Below are positions 25,961 to 38,867 of a stretch of DNA of 64,000 nt, in pieces. The stretch spans positions 35,712,001 through 35,776,000 of the forward strand of contig CM022672.1 of the NCBI GenBank assembly GCA_012295275.1, written 5' to 3'. The stretch's first letter is position 1. The number at the start of each line of letters is the position of its first letter. The stretch comes from Chrysomallon squamiferum (Eukaryota; Animalia; Mollusca). Position numbers and translations under genes: made by a program. The notes below the pieces were generated by a model. It searched no databases, was not told the origin of the DNA, and saw only the letters and a list, made by a program, of their open reading frames with translations.

Positions 25961-26616
25961 TGTTAAAAGACAATTATCCAAATATATTTATAAACAAACA
26001 AACAAACAAATAAATAAATAACTAAATAACTAAATAAATAAATAAAACCTTACACTTTTTACTGTTTATTTTATCAGTGTTTGTGGTTGTTTTTTACAAA
26101 CAGGAACTATCTGCATATCTCCATACACAATTTTTACAAATTTTAAAATATTTTATATGTATAACTATATAACAGAAGAAATGTCATACCTTAGTATTTT
26201 TATATTTATTCTGAACATACATATATACTTAAACATATACATACTTAAACATATATATATCTAAACATATACATACTTAAACATATATTGCTTAAACATA
26301 TACATACTTAAACATATATATACTTAAACATATACATACTAAACATATATATACTTAAACATATACATACTTAAACTCACACACACACACACACATTTAT
26401 AGCTTCAGTCTTTACTGCATTCAGTATATTGTGCTGTCAGAAAAAACATTTAGTATTATTTTGTTAAACTACTTTATTAATATTTCACATCAAAATAAAA
26501 ATAAAATAACTTCACACACCTCACACAAAGCATGCAGAATCTAATTAATATCTTCTTCTTAAGATAACTAATTACCATGCTGTCAATTTATGCTGGTTTA
26601 CATAGAAAACATTTAC

Positions 26617-26928
26617 CTTGTCAGTTCTGATGTTTTGCTGCTGTCAACATGCGCCATGAAGACATCAATTAACACTGAACTTCAGTAAGAGCACTGAACT
26701 ACATCAATTAACACTGAACTTCTCTAAGAGCCATACATCAACTTAACAATGAACTTCCTTTGTCAAGAGCCATACATCAATTAACAATTGAACTTCGTTT
26801 CTTCATCTCACTGATGCCGGGCGAGCGCGAGAGCCATCCATCAATTAACACTGTCCTTCTCCGCCTCCACAGCCATTCTGCAATTTCTCTGAACTTCCAT
26901 GTCATGTTCAGCCATACATCAATTAACA
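26617..26928 (-). CDS. CEP350: CEP350 exon, disrupted or interleaved with the 34-bp satellite (remnants EHDMEVQ..., FMAHVDSSKTSELT)
   Basis: Intact donor AG|gtaaat at 26616 in the phase 2 needed by the next exon; candidate acceptor tgttcag at 26929; no continuous ORF. Confidence 0.6.
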
Positions 26929-27340
26929 CTGAACACAAGTTTGACAAACCTCAAAAATCATCAACAAACCCAAACACTGAACTTCAGTAAGAGCCATACA
27001 TCAATTAACACTGAACTTCAGTAAGAGCCATACATCAATTAACACTGAACTTCAGTAAGAGCCATACATCAATTAACACTGAACTTCAGTAAGAGCCATA
27101 CATCAATTAACACTGAACTTCAGTAAGAGCCATACATCAATTAACACTGAACTTCAGTAAGAGCCATACATCAATTAACACTGAACTTCAGTAAGAGCCA
27201 TACATCAATTAACACTGAACTTCAGTAAGAGCCATACATCAATTAACACTGAACTTCAGTAAGAGCTATACATCAATTAAAACTAAACTTCAGTAAGAGC
27301 TATATATGATTTAACACTGAACTTCAGTAAGAGCTATATG
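26662..27340. repeat. 34-bp minisatellite (CATCAATTAACACTGAACTTCAGTAAGAGCCATA)
   Basis: About 10 near-perfect copies at 26975-27340; broken copies upstream. Confidence 0.93.
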
Positions 27341-27478
27341 CAGAAATATATATGTATTATTTATTACACATTAAATTATTTTTCAACATATATTACAGAA
27401 AAATTAAACTATATATGAATTAGTTTTTTCAACAGTACAGAGTAATTTATGTGCACTTTTGCAGCTATGAACCAAAGT

Positions 27479-27529
<51 letters not shown>

Positions 27530-27533
27530 ATAC

Positions 27534-27740
27534 CTTGAGTATCTGAGCAAGAGAGACAGTTTCCTGCTGAGCGAGGGACACAGCGTTGGTTCTGTCAATT
27601 CCTAACAACTGACGCAGCGACTCCTCCATGCTCTCCAGTTTGTTCAACTCTGCCATCATCTTCTGCTCCAGACCACTCGGAGAAAACCGCAGACTGTCGC
27701 CTTCTTCCACATTTTCTCCAACTGGGGGCACCCGCTCATG
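27534..27740 (-). CDS. CEP350: CEP350 exon (RFSPSGLEQKMMAELNKLESMEESLRQL...SLAQQETVSLAQILK)
   Basis: ttcacag|CAT ... AAG|gtatta; 207 nt, phase 0; conserved block. Confidence 0.95.
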
Positions 27741-28138
27741 CTGTGAAAAAAAAAAAAAAAAAGTTAATAAATAATAAAAAGAAAAAATAATAATAAATAA
27801 TAAAAACAAAAAATTAATAAATAATAAGAAAAGAAAATATAAATAATAATAATAAATAATGATAAGAAAAAAGAAAAAAAGAAAAATTAAGAGAGTAAAG
27901 AAAAAGCAGTATTCTGGCAAATTGACTGACTGCAACAATCAAAATGAATTATAGTCACTACAAATACCAGAAAACAATGTCACAATGTTTTCATTGTTAG
28001 TAAAAACACTTAAAAAACCTCCAAAATAAACACACATACACACACTCACTCACACAAACAAGCAGAGACACAAAATGAAATTCACTATTAAACATGTATT
28101 AAAAGAAAACAAAGGTTTTAATAGTCAGCTGTACTTAC

Positions 28139-28256
28139 CCAGGAGCTGTGTTTTAAGTGTTCATCTTCACTTGCAAGTGATGAGTCAGACTCTGTGCTCA
28201 CACAGGTTTGAAACACAGATGTCTTCTGTACAAACTTTTGTCTTTTATCTTCCTCA
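28139..28256 (-). CDS. CEP350: CEP350 exon (EEDKRQKFVQ...LKHSSW)
   Basis: gtttcag|T ... TGG|gtaagt; 118 nt, phase 2 to 0. Confidence 0.82.
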
Positions 28257-28566
28257 CTGAAACATCAATTTTATATATAAATACACACATATAAATATCA
28301 GTGGCCAAACACAAACCACAAAAAGAGTGTTGAAAGTGTTAACACAACATTCTTGTGTTAATACTAATTTATAAACTAAATTCTGCCTGGACCAACAGAC
28401 TTGTTTGTTTCTACACTAGTATCACTATCTTGTTCTATCAACAAAAAAAAAAAAAATGGGTCCACGACAGGAAGAAAGCAAATGAACCCTGTTGACAGAA
28501 AATAAATAGGAGGTTCTGCCAGTGTTAACATTCATATTGTTGTTAAAAACATTGAGAATAACTTAC

Positions 28567-28638
28567 CTGTCAACAGCACCAGATTCATCTGTGACACTTT
28601 CAAACAGAGGTCTCGACTTTTCATCTTCCTTCTCCAGC
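28567..28638 (-). CDS. CEP350: CEP350 exon (LEKEDEKSRPLFESVTDESGAVD)
   Basis: tttcag|G ... AG|gtaagt; 72 nt, phase 2 to 2. Confidence 0.82.
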
Positions 28639-28697
28639 CTGAAATCCAATTTATTATTTCATATTTTATAAAATAAGAAAATGAGTACTTCTATATG

Positions 28698-28774
<77 letters not shown>

Positions 28775-28938
28775 TGTACTTTTGTACATGTTAGACAGAG
28801 ACAATGTTGTGGATATAACTAATGAAATTAGAAAAACAATCATCATAAAAAAAGAAAAGAAAAATCATCACTGAAAAAGAAAGTAAATTAATAAATCTCA
28901 AACGCTGTTATCAAATAATTGAAATAAATGACACTGAC

Positions 28939-29296
28939 CGACTGGTTCTAGCTTGGAACTTCTCACTCTGCCTCACTCCTGTCATCTGTTCTGACCACAT
29001 CAAACCCTCGCCAGCTTTGTGAACTGCTGTCCTGCTTGGTGCAGCATCTCCCACTGCAACATCAGACTCTTCAGTCACTGACGTCCAAGTCTTGTATTTT
29101 GTGTGAACAGACACACTTCCAGCAGCTGGCAGCACGTTGTTAGTTTGAAACAACGCTGCAGGTTGCAGAGGCTTTGGTGTCAAGTTTGTTGTCACTGTAG
29201 ACGTGACTGGCTCTTTTGATTCAAAGTGCGGAGACGAACTTGTGACAGATTTTCTTTCTGATTCTGTTGAGCTGGATGATTTTATCTGAACATTTT
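28939..29296 (-). CDS. CEP350: CEP350 exon (NVQIKSSSSTES...FQARTS)
   Basis: cacacag|AA ... CG|gtcagt; 358 nt, phase 1 to 2. Confidence 0.85.
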
Positions 29297-29673
29297 CTGT
29301 GTGAAAAAGATGAGATAATTTTAATAAGAAAATAGCAAAAATAATAGTATAATAATAAATTTAATGACAAATAACAATAAGAACACTAATAATAATACTA
29401 CTACTAATAATAATAAAAATAATAAAACAACAGCAATGATATTAACAATCAAATAATAATGATATTAATAATAGTAACATGAGGAATTATAATTAGACAA
29501 TTAATATTTATAAAGAAATATATCATTTACATATGCACTTTTCCAAAAGCACAAAATAACATTTATTTACTAGTATCAAATTCTGAAATAACAAATTAAA
29601 AAGATACAGAATAGATATCAGAATGTTTTCACAGTTCAATGATTGAGTGACAAAAGTTATTGATATTATTAAC

Positions 29674-29836
29674 CTTTGCCCAGCTGTTTCATTTTGCGGT
29701 TGAAGACGTTGAGAACACTGTAGTGGTCTGCTGTGGGTTTGTCAAACGCTGGTACTGGTGAAGGTTTGAAAACGCAGGCTGCTGTCTGGTGTCGTCTTAT
29801 ACCAGACACTTTTCTGTCCTTCGTCTGCTTCGCAAC
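29674..29836 (-). CDS. CEP350: CEP350 exon (VAKQTKDRK...DHYSVLNVFNRKMKQLGK)
   Basis: tgacag|GTT ... AAG|gttaat; 163 nt, phase 0 to 1. Confidence 0.85.
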
Positions 29837-29919
29837 CTGTCATATAAAAACTCCATTTGTTTCATTTCAACCCAAATAGCCATACTGGTTTTTTTTGCTC
29901 AGGTTTTGTTAAACATTAA

Positions 29920-29968
<49 letters not shown>

Positions 29969-30458
29969 ACAGTATTCAAATTTTGACATGCAACTCATGA
30001 CTGCCTATACAGCTACACTGGATAATCCCAAAACAATTTATGCAGTGATGTTAGTATTATATTAATTAGATGTCTCTAAAACAAGAACTGCCACAGGGTA
30101 ACATAAGAAAGTGGAAGAGTAGAGAGTTAGTTTAGTGGTGGTTATGAGAGTGATTCAAATAAGCTTAGTTTTGACTAATGTTTGTCATACTATAGCTATG
30201 AGTTGTAGCAAAATCTGTGACTTTAATGAAAACTTGATTAAAATTATGTGCCAAAGATTTTGTTTCAAAATTGTTATGAACGAGAACTAGCCTAAAATTC
30301 ACATTTTAATAAATATATAAATAAACATACATATAAAAAACAAACAAAGAATTAAATGAATGAATAAATGTAACTAAACAATAAAAAAGAAGAAAACAAC
30401 AAATAAAAATAAATAATTAAATAAATGACAAAACACTAAAATTTAACAAATAAACAAA

Positions 30459-30489
<31 letters not shown>

Positions 30490-30769
30490 AAATAAATAAA
30501 GATATAGATAAATAAACAAATAAATAAATACAGATATAAATAATTTAACAAACTAACAAACAAACAAACAAATAAATAAGTAAATAAATAAAGGTATAGG
30601 TAAATAAATAAATAAATAAATGCAGATATAAACAAACAAACAAACAAATAAATGAATAAAGAAAGATATAGGAAAATAAACAAACAAACAAACCAAAATG
30701 AATAAAGAAAGATATAGGTAAATAAACAAATAAATAAATAAATAAATAAATAAACAAAGAAATAAACTA

Positions 30770-33700
30770 AGATGATGGAACTAAAGATGTATGTAAAAAG
30801 ATGTAAGTAACTAAAGATGTAACTAAAGATGTAAACTAAAAATGTATGGAAAAAGATGTATGGAACTAAAGATGTAACTAAATGGAACTAAATATGTAAA
30901 AAGATGTATGTAACTAAAGATGTATGTAACTAAAGATGTAAACTAAAGATGTAACTAAATGAACTAAAGATGTATGTAACTAAAGATGTAACTAAAGATG
31001 TAAACTAAAGATGTAAACTAAAGATGTAAGTAACTAAAGATGTATGGAACTAAAGATGTAAACTAAAGAAACTAAAAAGATGTATGGAACTAAAGATGTA
31101 ACTAAAGATGTAAGAACTAAATAAAAGATGTATGTAACTAAAGATGTAAACTAAATAAAGATGTAGATGTAACTAAAGATGTATGTAACTAAAGATGTAT
31201 GGAACTAAAGATGTAACTAAATGTAAAAAAGTAACTAAAAAGATGTAACTAAAGATGTATGTAACTAAAAACTAAAGATGTAAACTAAAGATGTAACTAA
31301 AGATGTAACTAAATGAACTAAAGATGTAACTAAAGATGTATGGAACTAAAGATGTGGAACTAAATGTATGTAACTAAAGATGTATGTAACTAAAGATGTA
31401 ACTAAAGATGTAACTAAAGATGTATGTAACTAAAGATGTATGGAACTAAAGATGTATGTAACTAAAGATGTATGGAACTAAAGATGTAACTAAAGATGTA
31501 TGGAACTAAATGATGTAACTAAAGATGTATGGAACTAAAGATGTAAGTAAAGATGTATGGAACTAAAGATGTAACTAAAGATGTATGGAACTAAAGATGT
31601 AACTAAAGATGTATGTGTAACTAAAGATGTATGGAACTAAAGATGTAACTAAAGATGTAACTAAAGATGTAAGATGTATGGAACTAAAGATGTAACTAAA
31701 GATGTAACTAAAAGATGTAACTAAAGATATGGAACTAAAGATGTATGGAACTAAAGATGTATGGAACTAAAGATGTATGTAACTAAAGATGTAAACTAAA
31801 GATGTAACTAAACTAAAGATGATGTAACTAAATGTATGGAACTAAAGATGTAACTAAAGATGTAAACTAACTAAAGATGTAACTAAAAGATGTATGGAAC
31901 TAAAGATGTAACTAAACTAAAGATGTATGGAACTAAAGATGTATGGAACTAAAGATATGTAACTAAAGATGTATGGAACTAAAAAGATGTAACTAAAGAT
32001 GTGGAACTAAAGATGTAAAAAGATGTAAACTAAAGATGTATGGAACTAAAGATAAAAGATGTATGGAACTAAAGATGTAAACTAAAAGATGTATGGAACT
32101 AAATGTATGTAAAGATGTATGGAACTAAAGATGTATGGAACTAAATATGTAACTAAAGATGTATGGAACTAAAGATGTAACTAAAGATGTATGGAACTAA
32201 AGATGTAACTAAAGATGTATGGAACTAAATATGTAACTAAAGATGTATGGAACTAAAGATGTAACTAAAGATGTATGGAACTAAAGATGTAACTAAAGAT
32301 GTAAACTAAATATGTAACTAAAGATGTATGGAACTAAAGATGTATGTAACTAAAGATGTAACTAAAGATGTATGGAACTAAATATGTAACTAAAGATGTA
32401 TGGAACTAAAGATGTAAACTAAAGATGTATGTAACTAAAGATGTATGGAACTAAAGATGTAACTAAAGATGTATGGAACTGTAAACTAAAGATAAACTAA
32501 ATATGTAACTATGTAACTAAATGATGTGTATGGAACTAAATGTGGAACTAAAGATGTATGGAAAAAGATGTATGGAACTAAAGATGATGTATGGAACTAA
32601 AGATGTAAGATGTATGGAACTAAAGATGTATGTAAAGATAAAAAGATGTATGGAACTAAATATGTAACTAAAAGATGTATGGAACTAAAAGATGTATGTA
32701 ACTAAAGATGTATGGAACTAAAGATGTAAACTAAAACTATGTATGGAACTAAAGATGTAACTAAATGTATGGAACTAAAAGATGTATGGAACTAAAGATG
32801 TAACTAAAGATATGGAAAGATGTATGGAACTAAAGATGTAACTAAAGATGTAAACTAAAGATGTAACTAAAGATGTAAAAGATGTAACTAAAGATGTATG
32901 GAACTAAGATGTATGGAACTAAACTAAAGATGAACTAAAAGATGTATGGAACTAAATAAATGTATGTAAAGATGTATGGAACTAAAGATGTAACTAAAGA
33001 TGTATGTAACTAAAGATGTAAATAAAGATGGAAGTAAAGATGTATGGAACTAAATATGTAACTAAAGATGTATGGAACTAAAGATGTATGGAACTAAAGA
33101 TGTAAAGATGTAACTAAAGATGTATGTAACTAAAGATGTATGGAACTAAAGATGTAACTAAAGATGTAAATGGAACTAAAGATGTATGGAACTAAAGATG
33201 TAAAACTAAAGATGTAACTAAAGATGTATGGAACTAAAGATGTAACTAAAGATGTATGGAACTAAAGATGTAACTAAAGATGTAAAGATGTAACTAAAGA
33301 TGTATGGAACTAAAGATGTAAACTAAAGATGTATGGAACTAAAGATGTATGGAACTAAAGATGTATGGAACTAAAAGACTAAAAGAAAGATGTATGGAAC
33401 TAAAGATGTAACTAAAGATGTAACTAAATGTAACTAAAGATGTATGGAACTAAAGATGTAAAGATGTAAAGATGTATGAACTAAAGATGTATGGAACTAA
33501 AGATGTAACTAAAGATGTATGGAACTAAAGATGTAACTAAAGATGTATGGAACTAAAGATGTAACTAAAGATGTATGGAACTAAAGATGTATGGAACTAA
33601 AGATGTAAGTAAAGATGTATGGAACTAAATATGTAACTAAAGATGTATGTAACTAAAGATGTATGGAACTAAAGATGTAACTAAAGATGTATGTAACTAA

Positions 33701-34785
33701 AGATGTATGGAACTAAAGATGTAACTAAAGATGTAAACTAAAGATGTATGGAACTAAAGATGTATGGAACTAAAGATGTAACTAAAGATGTAACTAAAGA
33801 TGTAAAACTAACTAAAGATGTAACTAAAGATGTAACTAAAGATGTATGTAACTAAAGATGTAAAAGATGTAACTAAAGATGTAACTAAAGATGTATGGAA
33901 CTAAAGATGTAACTAAAGATGTATGGAACTAAAGATGTAACTAAAACTAAAGATGTATGTAACTAAAAAGATGAACTAAAACTAAAGATGTATGGAACTA
34001 AAGATGTAACTAAAGAAAGATGGAACTAAAGATGTATGGAACTAAAGATGTATGTAACTAAAGATGTATGGAACTAAATATGTAACTAAAGATGTATGGA
34101 ACTAAATGTAACTAAAGATGTATGGAACTAAAGATGTATGTAACTAAATGTATGGAACTAAATGTATGTAACTAAAGATGGAACTAAAGTATGTATGGAA
34201 CTAAAGATGTAACTAAAGATGTATGGAACTAAAGATGTAAACTAAAGATGTAACTAAAGATGTAACTAAAGATGTAACTAAAGATGTAACTAAAGATGTA
34301 TGGAACTAAAGATGTAACTAAAGATGTATGGAACTAAAGATGTAACTAAAGATGTATGGAACTAAAGATGTATGTAACTAAAGATGTAACTAAAGATGTA
34401 TGGAACTAAAGATGTAACTAAAGATGTAACTAAAGGAACTAAATATGTAACTAAAGATGTATGGAACTAAAGATGTAACTAAAGATGTATGGAACTAAAG
34501 ATGTAACTAAAGAAACTAAAGATGTAACTAAAGATGTATGGAACTAAAGATGCCTAAGATGTATAAAAAGATGTATGGAACTAAAGATGTAACTAAAGAT
34601 GTAAGTAACTAAAGATGTAACTAAAGATGTATGGAACTAAAGATGTAACTAAAGATGTCTGGAACTAAAGATGTAACTAAAGATGTAAGTGACTAAAGAT
34701 ATATGTAACTAAAGATGTCTGGAACTAAAGATGTCTGGAACTAAAGATGTCTGTAACTAAAGATGTAACTAAAGATGTATGTGTA
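30770..34785. repeat. ~4-kb satellite of mixed 12- and 16-bp units (AACTAAAGATGT / AACTAAAGATGTATGG)
   Basis: Continuous array preceded by an (AAAT/AAAC)n tract at ~30300-30770; ends a few nt from the donor at 34790. Confidence 0.97.
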
Positions 34786-34790
34786 ATTAC

Positions 34791-34892
34791 TTTAGCAGGC
34801 CTGCTGTTGTCTGACTCGCTCTCTGAGGCCTCTGTCACGGTGATGTCATCAAACGTCGATGTTTCTGACAACGATGATTCTTCAGGCTTTTC
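34791..34892 (-). CDS. CEP350: CEP350 exon (EKPEESSLSETSTFDDITV...RPAK)
   Basis: atttag|GAA ... AAA|gtaatt; 102 nt, phase 0. Confidence 0.85.
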
Positions 34893-35378
34893 CTAAATTG
34901 AAAATTATAAACAAAATTTAAGTTACCATGACACTAATATATCGACTGAATAAAGAAAATATTTTTGTTCCATAGCTTGGTTTTTAAATAAACTGTTAAA
35001 TAAGTTATCTTTTCACTGAATACAGCTTGTTTGATGTCATCTGTTTGCTAGTGTTCAAAACAAACAAAAAGGTTATCATTACTTTTTCACAGCAATTTTC
35101 TCATAAAACTGATATTAAAAATTAGGGTTCTTTTTTTAATTTTTGTGCACATTTTCTTTTTTACTCAATTTACTGTCAATCTAACAACGATTTTATGATT
35201 CTGTGTGCATGGGTGTGGGTGTGGTTTGTGGGCATGAGTGTTTAAAATAATTCAGCTATATTTTGATCAAACTACTGAAAACTGTTTGTCCTCAACATAT
35301 TCAGAAAATATCAAAAATGGTTTCATTGTCAATGATCTAGCCAACAGCAAAGATGTTTTTTATTTATGTGTAATTTAC

Positions 35379-35506
35379 CAAGCTGCTGCGTCTGTTGGGG
35401 TTCAAAGCCAGGTTGGAGCTGGTGTTGTTATGAAAAGCTGTTCTCATAGTGACGTGCTTGTCTAGCGGATTATTTTCCATAAACTTCACCTTCCAGTCTG
35501 TGGTTC
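35379..35506 (-). CDS. CEP350: CEP350 exon (TTDWKVKFMENN...RRSSL)
   Basis: ctttcag|GA ... TTG|gtaaat; 128 nt, phase 1 to 0; the other two frames are closed. Confidence 0.82.
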
Positions 35507-35522
35507 CTGAAAGTTCACAAAA

Positions 35523-35990
35523 ATAAGTTCAAGATAGGCTAGGAGAATAGAGAGAATGATTTATAACTAAGTACATTGAAAGAGATAAGTTCAAGATAGG
35601 CTAGGAGAATAGAGAGAATGATTTATAACTAAGTACATTGAAAGAGATAAGTTCAAGCTAGGCTAGGAAAACAGAGAGAATGATTTATAACTAAGTAAAT
35701 TGAAAGAGATAAGTTCAAGCTAGGCTAGGAAAACAGAGAGAATGATTTATAACTGTAAGTACACTGAAAGAGTTAAAATGTAAGATATTTTAAAGTTAAT
35801 TAAACTTGGTAAAGACCTATTTTACTTATAACAAATATAAAATATTCTAAAGTTAATTAATCTTGGTAAAAATCTATTTTACTTATAACAAATATGAAAT
35901 ATTTTAAAGTTAATAGAACTTGATAAAGATCTATTTCACTTAAAACAAATATACAGCATTTTAAAATTAGATAACACTGGTAAAAAGATG
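35523..35990. repeat. Two adjacent tandem repeats (~62-bp x4, then ~59-bp x3)
   Basis: ATAAGTTCAAGATAGGCTAGG... x4; TATTTTAAAGTTAAT...GGTAAAGA...CTATTTT x3. Confidence 0.85.
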
Positions 35991-36018
35991 TTTTTTTGTA
36001 AGATAAAGTTAGACAAAC

Positions 36019-36114
36019 CTGGTAGAGAGCCGCTGAATTCGTTGAAGCTTGGAGTTTGTATTCCAGTTATCCTGTCAACCTGAACTCCAGCTGATGCTGA
36101 TGATTTCTGTAAAC
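36019..36114 (-). CDS. CEP350: CEP350 exon (LQKSSASAGVQVDRITG...SGSLP)
   Basis: ttcacag|GT ... CAG|gtttgt; 96 nt, phase 1 to 1. Confidence 0.8.
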
Positions 36115-36346
36115 CTGTGAAACAAACCATGTCAAGTTAACACACATTGAACAGGAGTTTTATATACTTACACAAAAATAATCTTAAGTAATAGTTTGAT
36201 ACATTTTTAAAGATTAATCTTATGAAAATAATAACACAGAAATAAAAAAATAATAATGATCAAAGATTATCTCAATAGATTATCTGATGTAAGAGTTTTA
36301 AAGATTATAAAATTACAACAGAATTAAATAAAATTAATCATCTCAC

Positions 36347-36584
36347 GATCGGCCAGAAGTCTGCTGCGCAATGTGACGCCGATGCTTCATAAATAGCTTT
36401 TAAATCAGCCGTAGCGGTCGTCTGACTTGACGCGCTGGTCGTGGGGTCTCGCTGCAGCGACTGCTTGTATTTGGAAAACACTGAGAGAACACCGTCAACA
36501 TCGATGTCCAGTTTCTTTCCTTGAACAGTAACTTTCTTAGTCAGCAGCTCATTCTTCATCTGCCTTTCTTCTACCTTTTCTTCC
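36347..36584 (-). CDS. CEP350: CEP350 exon (EEKVEERQMKNELL...LKAIYEASA..LRSRLLAD), with a probable indel near 36374
   Basis: ttttag|G ... ATC|gtgaga; phase mismatch with the next exon unless a frameshift is corrected. Confidence 0.75.
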
Positions 36585-37278
36585 CTAAAACAAAGAAACA
36601 TGTAAATCTCATCAAAAACTAGAATATGTAAGTTTTCTAGTTTCAGTGATGATCTGAATAGCCTAAAAAAACATTGATTTATTATTGTGATATCTAACAG
36701 ATGTGATATGATCTAATAGATGTATTTCAAAGTAATTCTTTGTTATCAAGTTTAAATAATAATGTGTATATTTACCTATAAACATGTGATATTTTTATCT
36801 TTTTTAAAATTTGTGGTGGAAAAGCATAGAAAATCTAAAGAGATCAAAGTGACTGTTCCTAATGTAAAATTAACAAAATTATTTAAATGGATGCTTTCTG
36901 ATCAGTGTAAAGATAAAACATCATTTTCTAACTATGTTTCTCACAAAGGTTGATATCTAGTGTAGTTTAAACTCTGTGTAGTACTTTTAATCATGGTAAT
37001 GTAAAATGTGTCTGTGTGACATTAAGTGTTGTCAACTTGTCTACAACTGTTTTTAAGAGTATTATGCAATCAGTCTAAATAGATTTTTAACCACCATGTT
37101 GATTAAACTGTTTTAACCACATGTAGATTACTGTGTTGATTATGAAGTATTTTAGACACCAAACTGTTTTTAATTCACTATATAGAATGATCTGTTTTAA
37201 CTGGTTTGTTAAACTATTTTTAACCACCATGTTGACTAAACTGTAACAACTGTAGATTAACTGTAGATTCAGTGTTAC

Positions 37279-37397
37279 CTGGGTGTTGGTACTGGGGTGA
37301 GGTCGTCCTCTGTATCACCTGTCAGGGTGGAACTCTCATCTTCAACATCCATCTGCTGAAAACTTTCTTCTTCAAGCCTGTGATACTGGCTGCCAAT
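37279..37397 (-). CDS. CEP350: CEP350 exon (IGSQYHRLEEESF...DDLTPVPTP)
   Basis: gttgcag|ATT ... AG|gtaaca; 119 nt, phase 0 to 2. Confidence 0.85.
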
Positions 37398-37444
37398 CTG
37401 CAACATTTACCACTCACATTATTTTACATCTCAGTCTCACCTAC

Positions 37445-38255
37445 ATGTACAGTCTGCTCACACTAAAACACTTCCCATGTACAGTCTGTTCACACTAAAA
37501 CACTTCCCATGTAGTCTGCTCACACTAAAACACATCCCATGTACAGTCTGCTCACACTAAAACACTTCCCATGTACAGTCTGCTCACACTAAAACACTTC
37601 CCATGTACAGTCTACTCACACTAAAACATGTACAGTCTACTCACACTAAAACACTTCTCATGTACAGTCTGCTCACACTAAAACACTTCCCATGTACAGT
37701 CTGCTCACACTAAAACACTTCCCATGTACAGTCTGCTCACACTAAAACATGTACAGTCTACTCATACTAAAACACTTCTCATGTACAGTCTGCTCACACT
37801 AAAACACTTCCCATGTACAGTCTGCTCACACTAAAACACTTCCCATGTACAGTTTGCTCATACTAAAACACTTCCCATGTACAGTCTGCTCACACTAAAA
37901 CATGTACAGTCTGCTCATACTAAAACACTTCCCATGTACAGTTTGCTCATACTAAAACACTTCCCATGTACAGTCTGCTCACACTAAAACACTTCCCATG
38001 TACAGTTTGCTCATACTAAAACACTTCCCATGTACAGTCTGCTCACACTAAAACACTTCCCATGTACAGTTTGCTCATACTAAAACACTTCCCATGTACA
38101 GTCTGCTCACACTAAAACACTTCCCATGTACAGTCTGCTCACACTAAAACACTTCCCATGTAGTCTGCTCACACTAAAACACATCCCATGTACAGTCTGC
38201 TCACACTAAAACACTTCCCATGTACAGTCTGCTCATACTAAAACACTTCCCATGC
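37445..38255. repeat. 32-bp minisatellite (CATGTACAGTCTGCTCACACTAAAACACTTCC)
   Basis: About 26 copies. Confidence 0.95.
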
Positions 38256-38471
38256 TAATCTCATACCAACACACAAATCTGTACAGTACTCAAAATGAAT
38301 GAGTGCAAATAATGAAAATGGATAATTACGTGTCTTACTGGTTCCTTCAGTGTAGGTCTGAACAGTAAAACATCTACTTATTACTGTTTTAACAATATGG
38401 CCATCTTTTTTCCTTACAGGCCTCCTCGGTTCTAAAACCGTTTAGAACTAAAACAGTTTATTTTTACTTAC

Positions 38472-38764
38472 TGATGGAACTGCGTGGTCATCCTTTAATC
38501 CCTGGCTGATGTTTTTCTTGCTGGGCTCCTCAGACACTGTGTTGTGTCTGGACATCTTCTTGGGCAGCTGGCGCTGAGGGACGGTGCGAGATCGCTTTGT
38601 GAGCAAGTCAAGCTGCTCTCTGCGTTTCTGATCTGCTATCTGCTGAGCCTGTTTCGCCTCGCGCTGGCGACGGTGACGCTCGGCTTTCTGTTTGGCGATG
38701 TACTTCTTTATCTGATCGCTGTTGTCTGAGCGATGTTTGTGACACGGCTGAAGTTTCTCCGTTT
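38472..38764 (-). CDS. CEP350: CEP350 exon, coiled coil (DNSDQIKKYIAKQKAERHRRQREAKQ...KRREQLDLL)
   Basis: tttttag|AA ... TCA|gtaagt; 293 nt, phase 1 to 0; resembles the recalled 'EVRQYIVRQQEERKRKQ'. Confidence 0.9.
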
Positions 38765-38867
38765 CTAAAAAGTAAAAACATTAATAACAAAATTAACAGT
38801 AACAGAATTAATTGCTTCCTTTCAGTATTTTTTATATAAAATTTTTTCATCTTCTTTTAAAATCTAT

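Noticed and set aside
26662-27340. CRISPR-like appearance: 34-bp repeat with an internal palindrome (CTGAACTTCAG) and apparent spacers
   Set aside because: Eukaryotic intron, no cas genes; most copies are head-to-tail without spacers, and the apparent spacers are exon fragments
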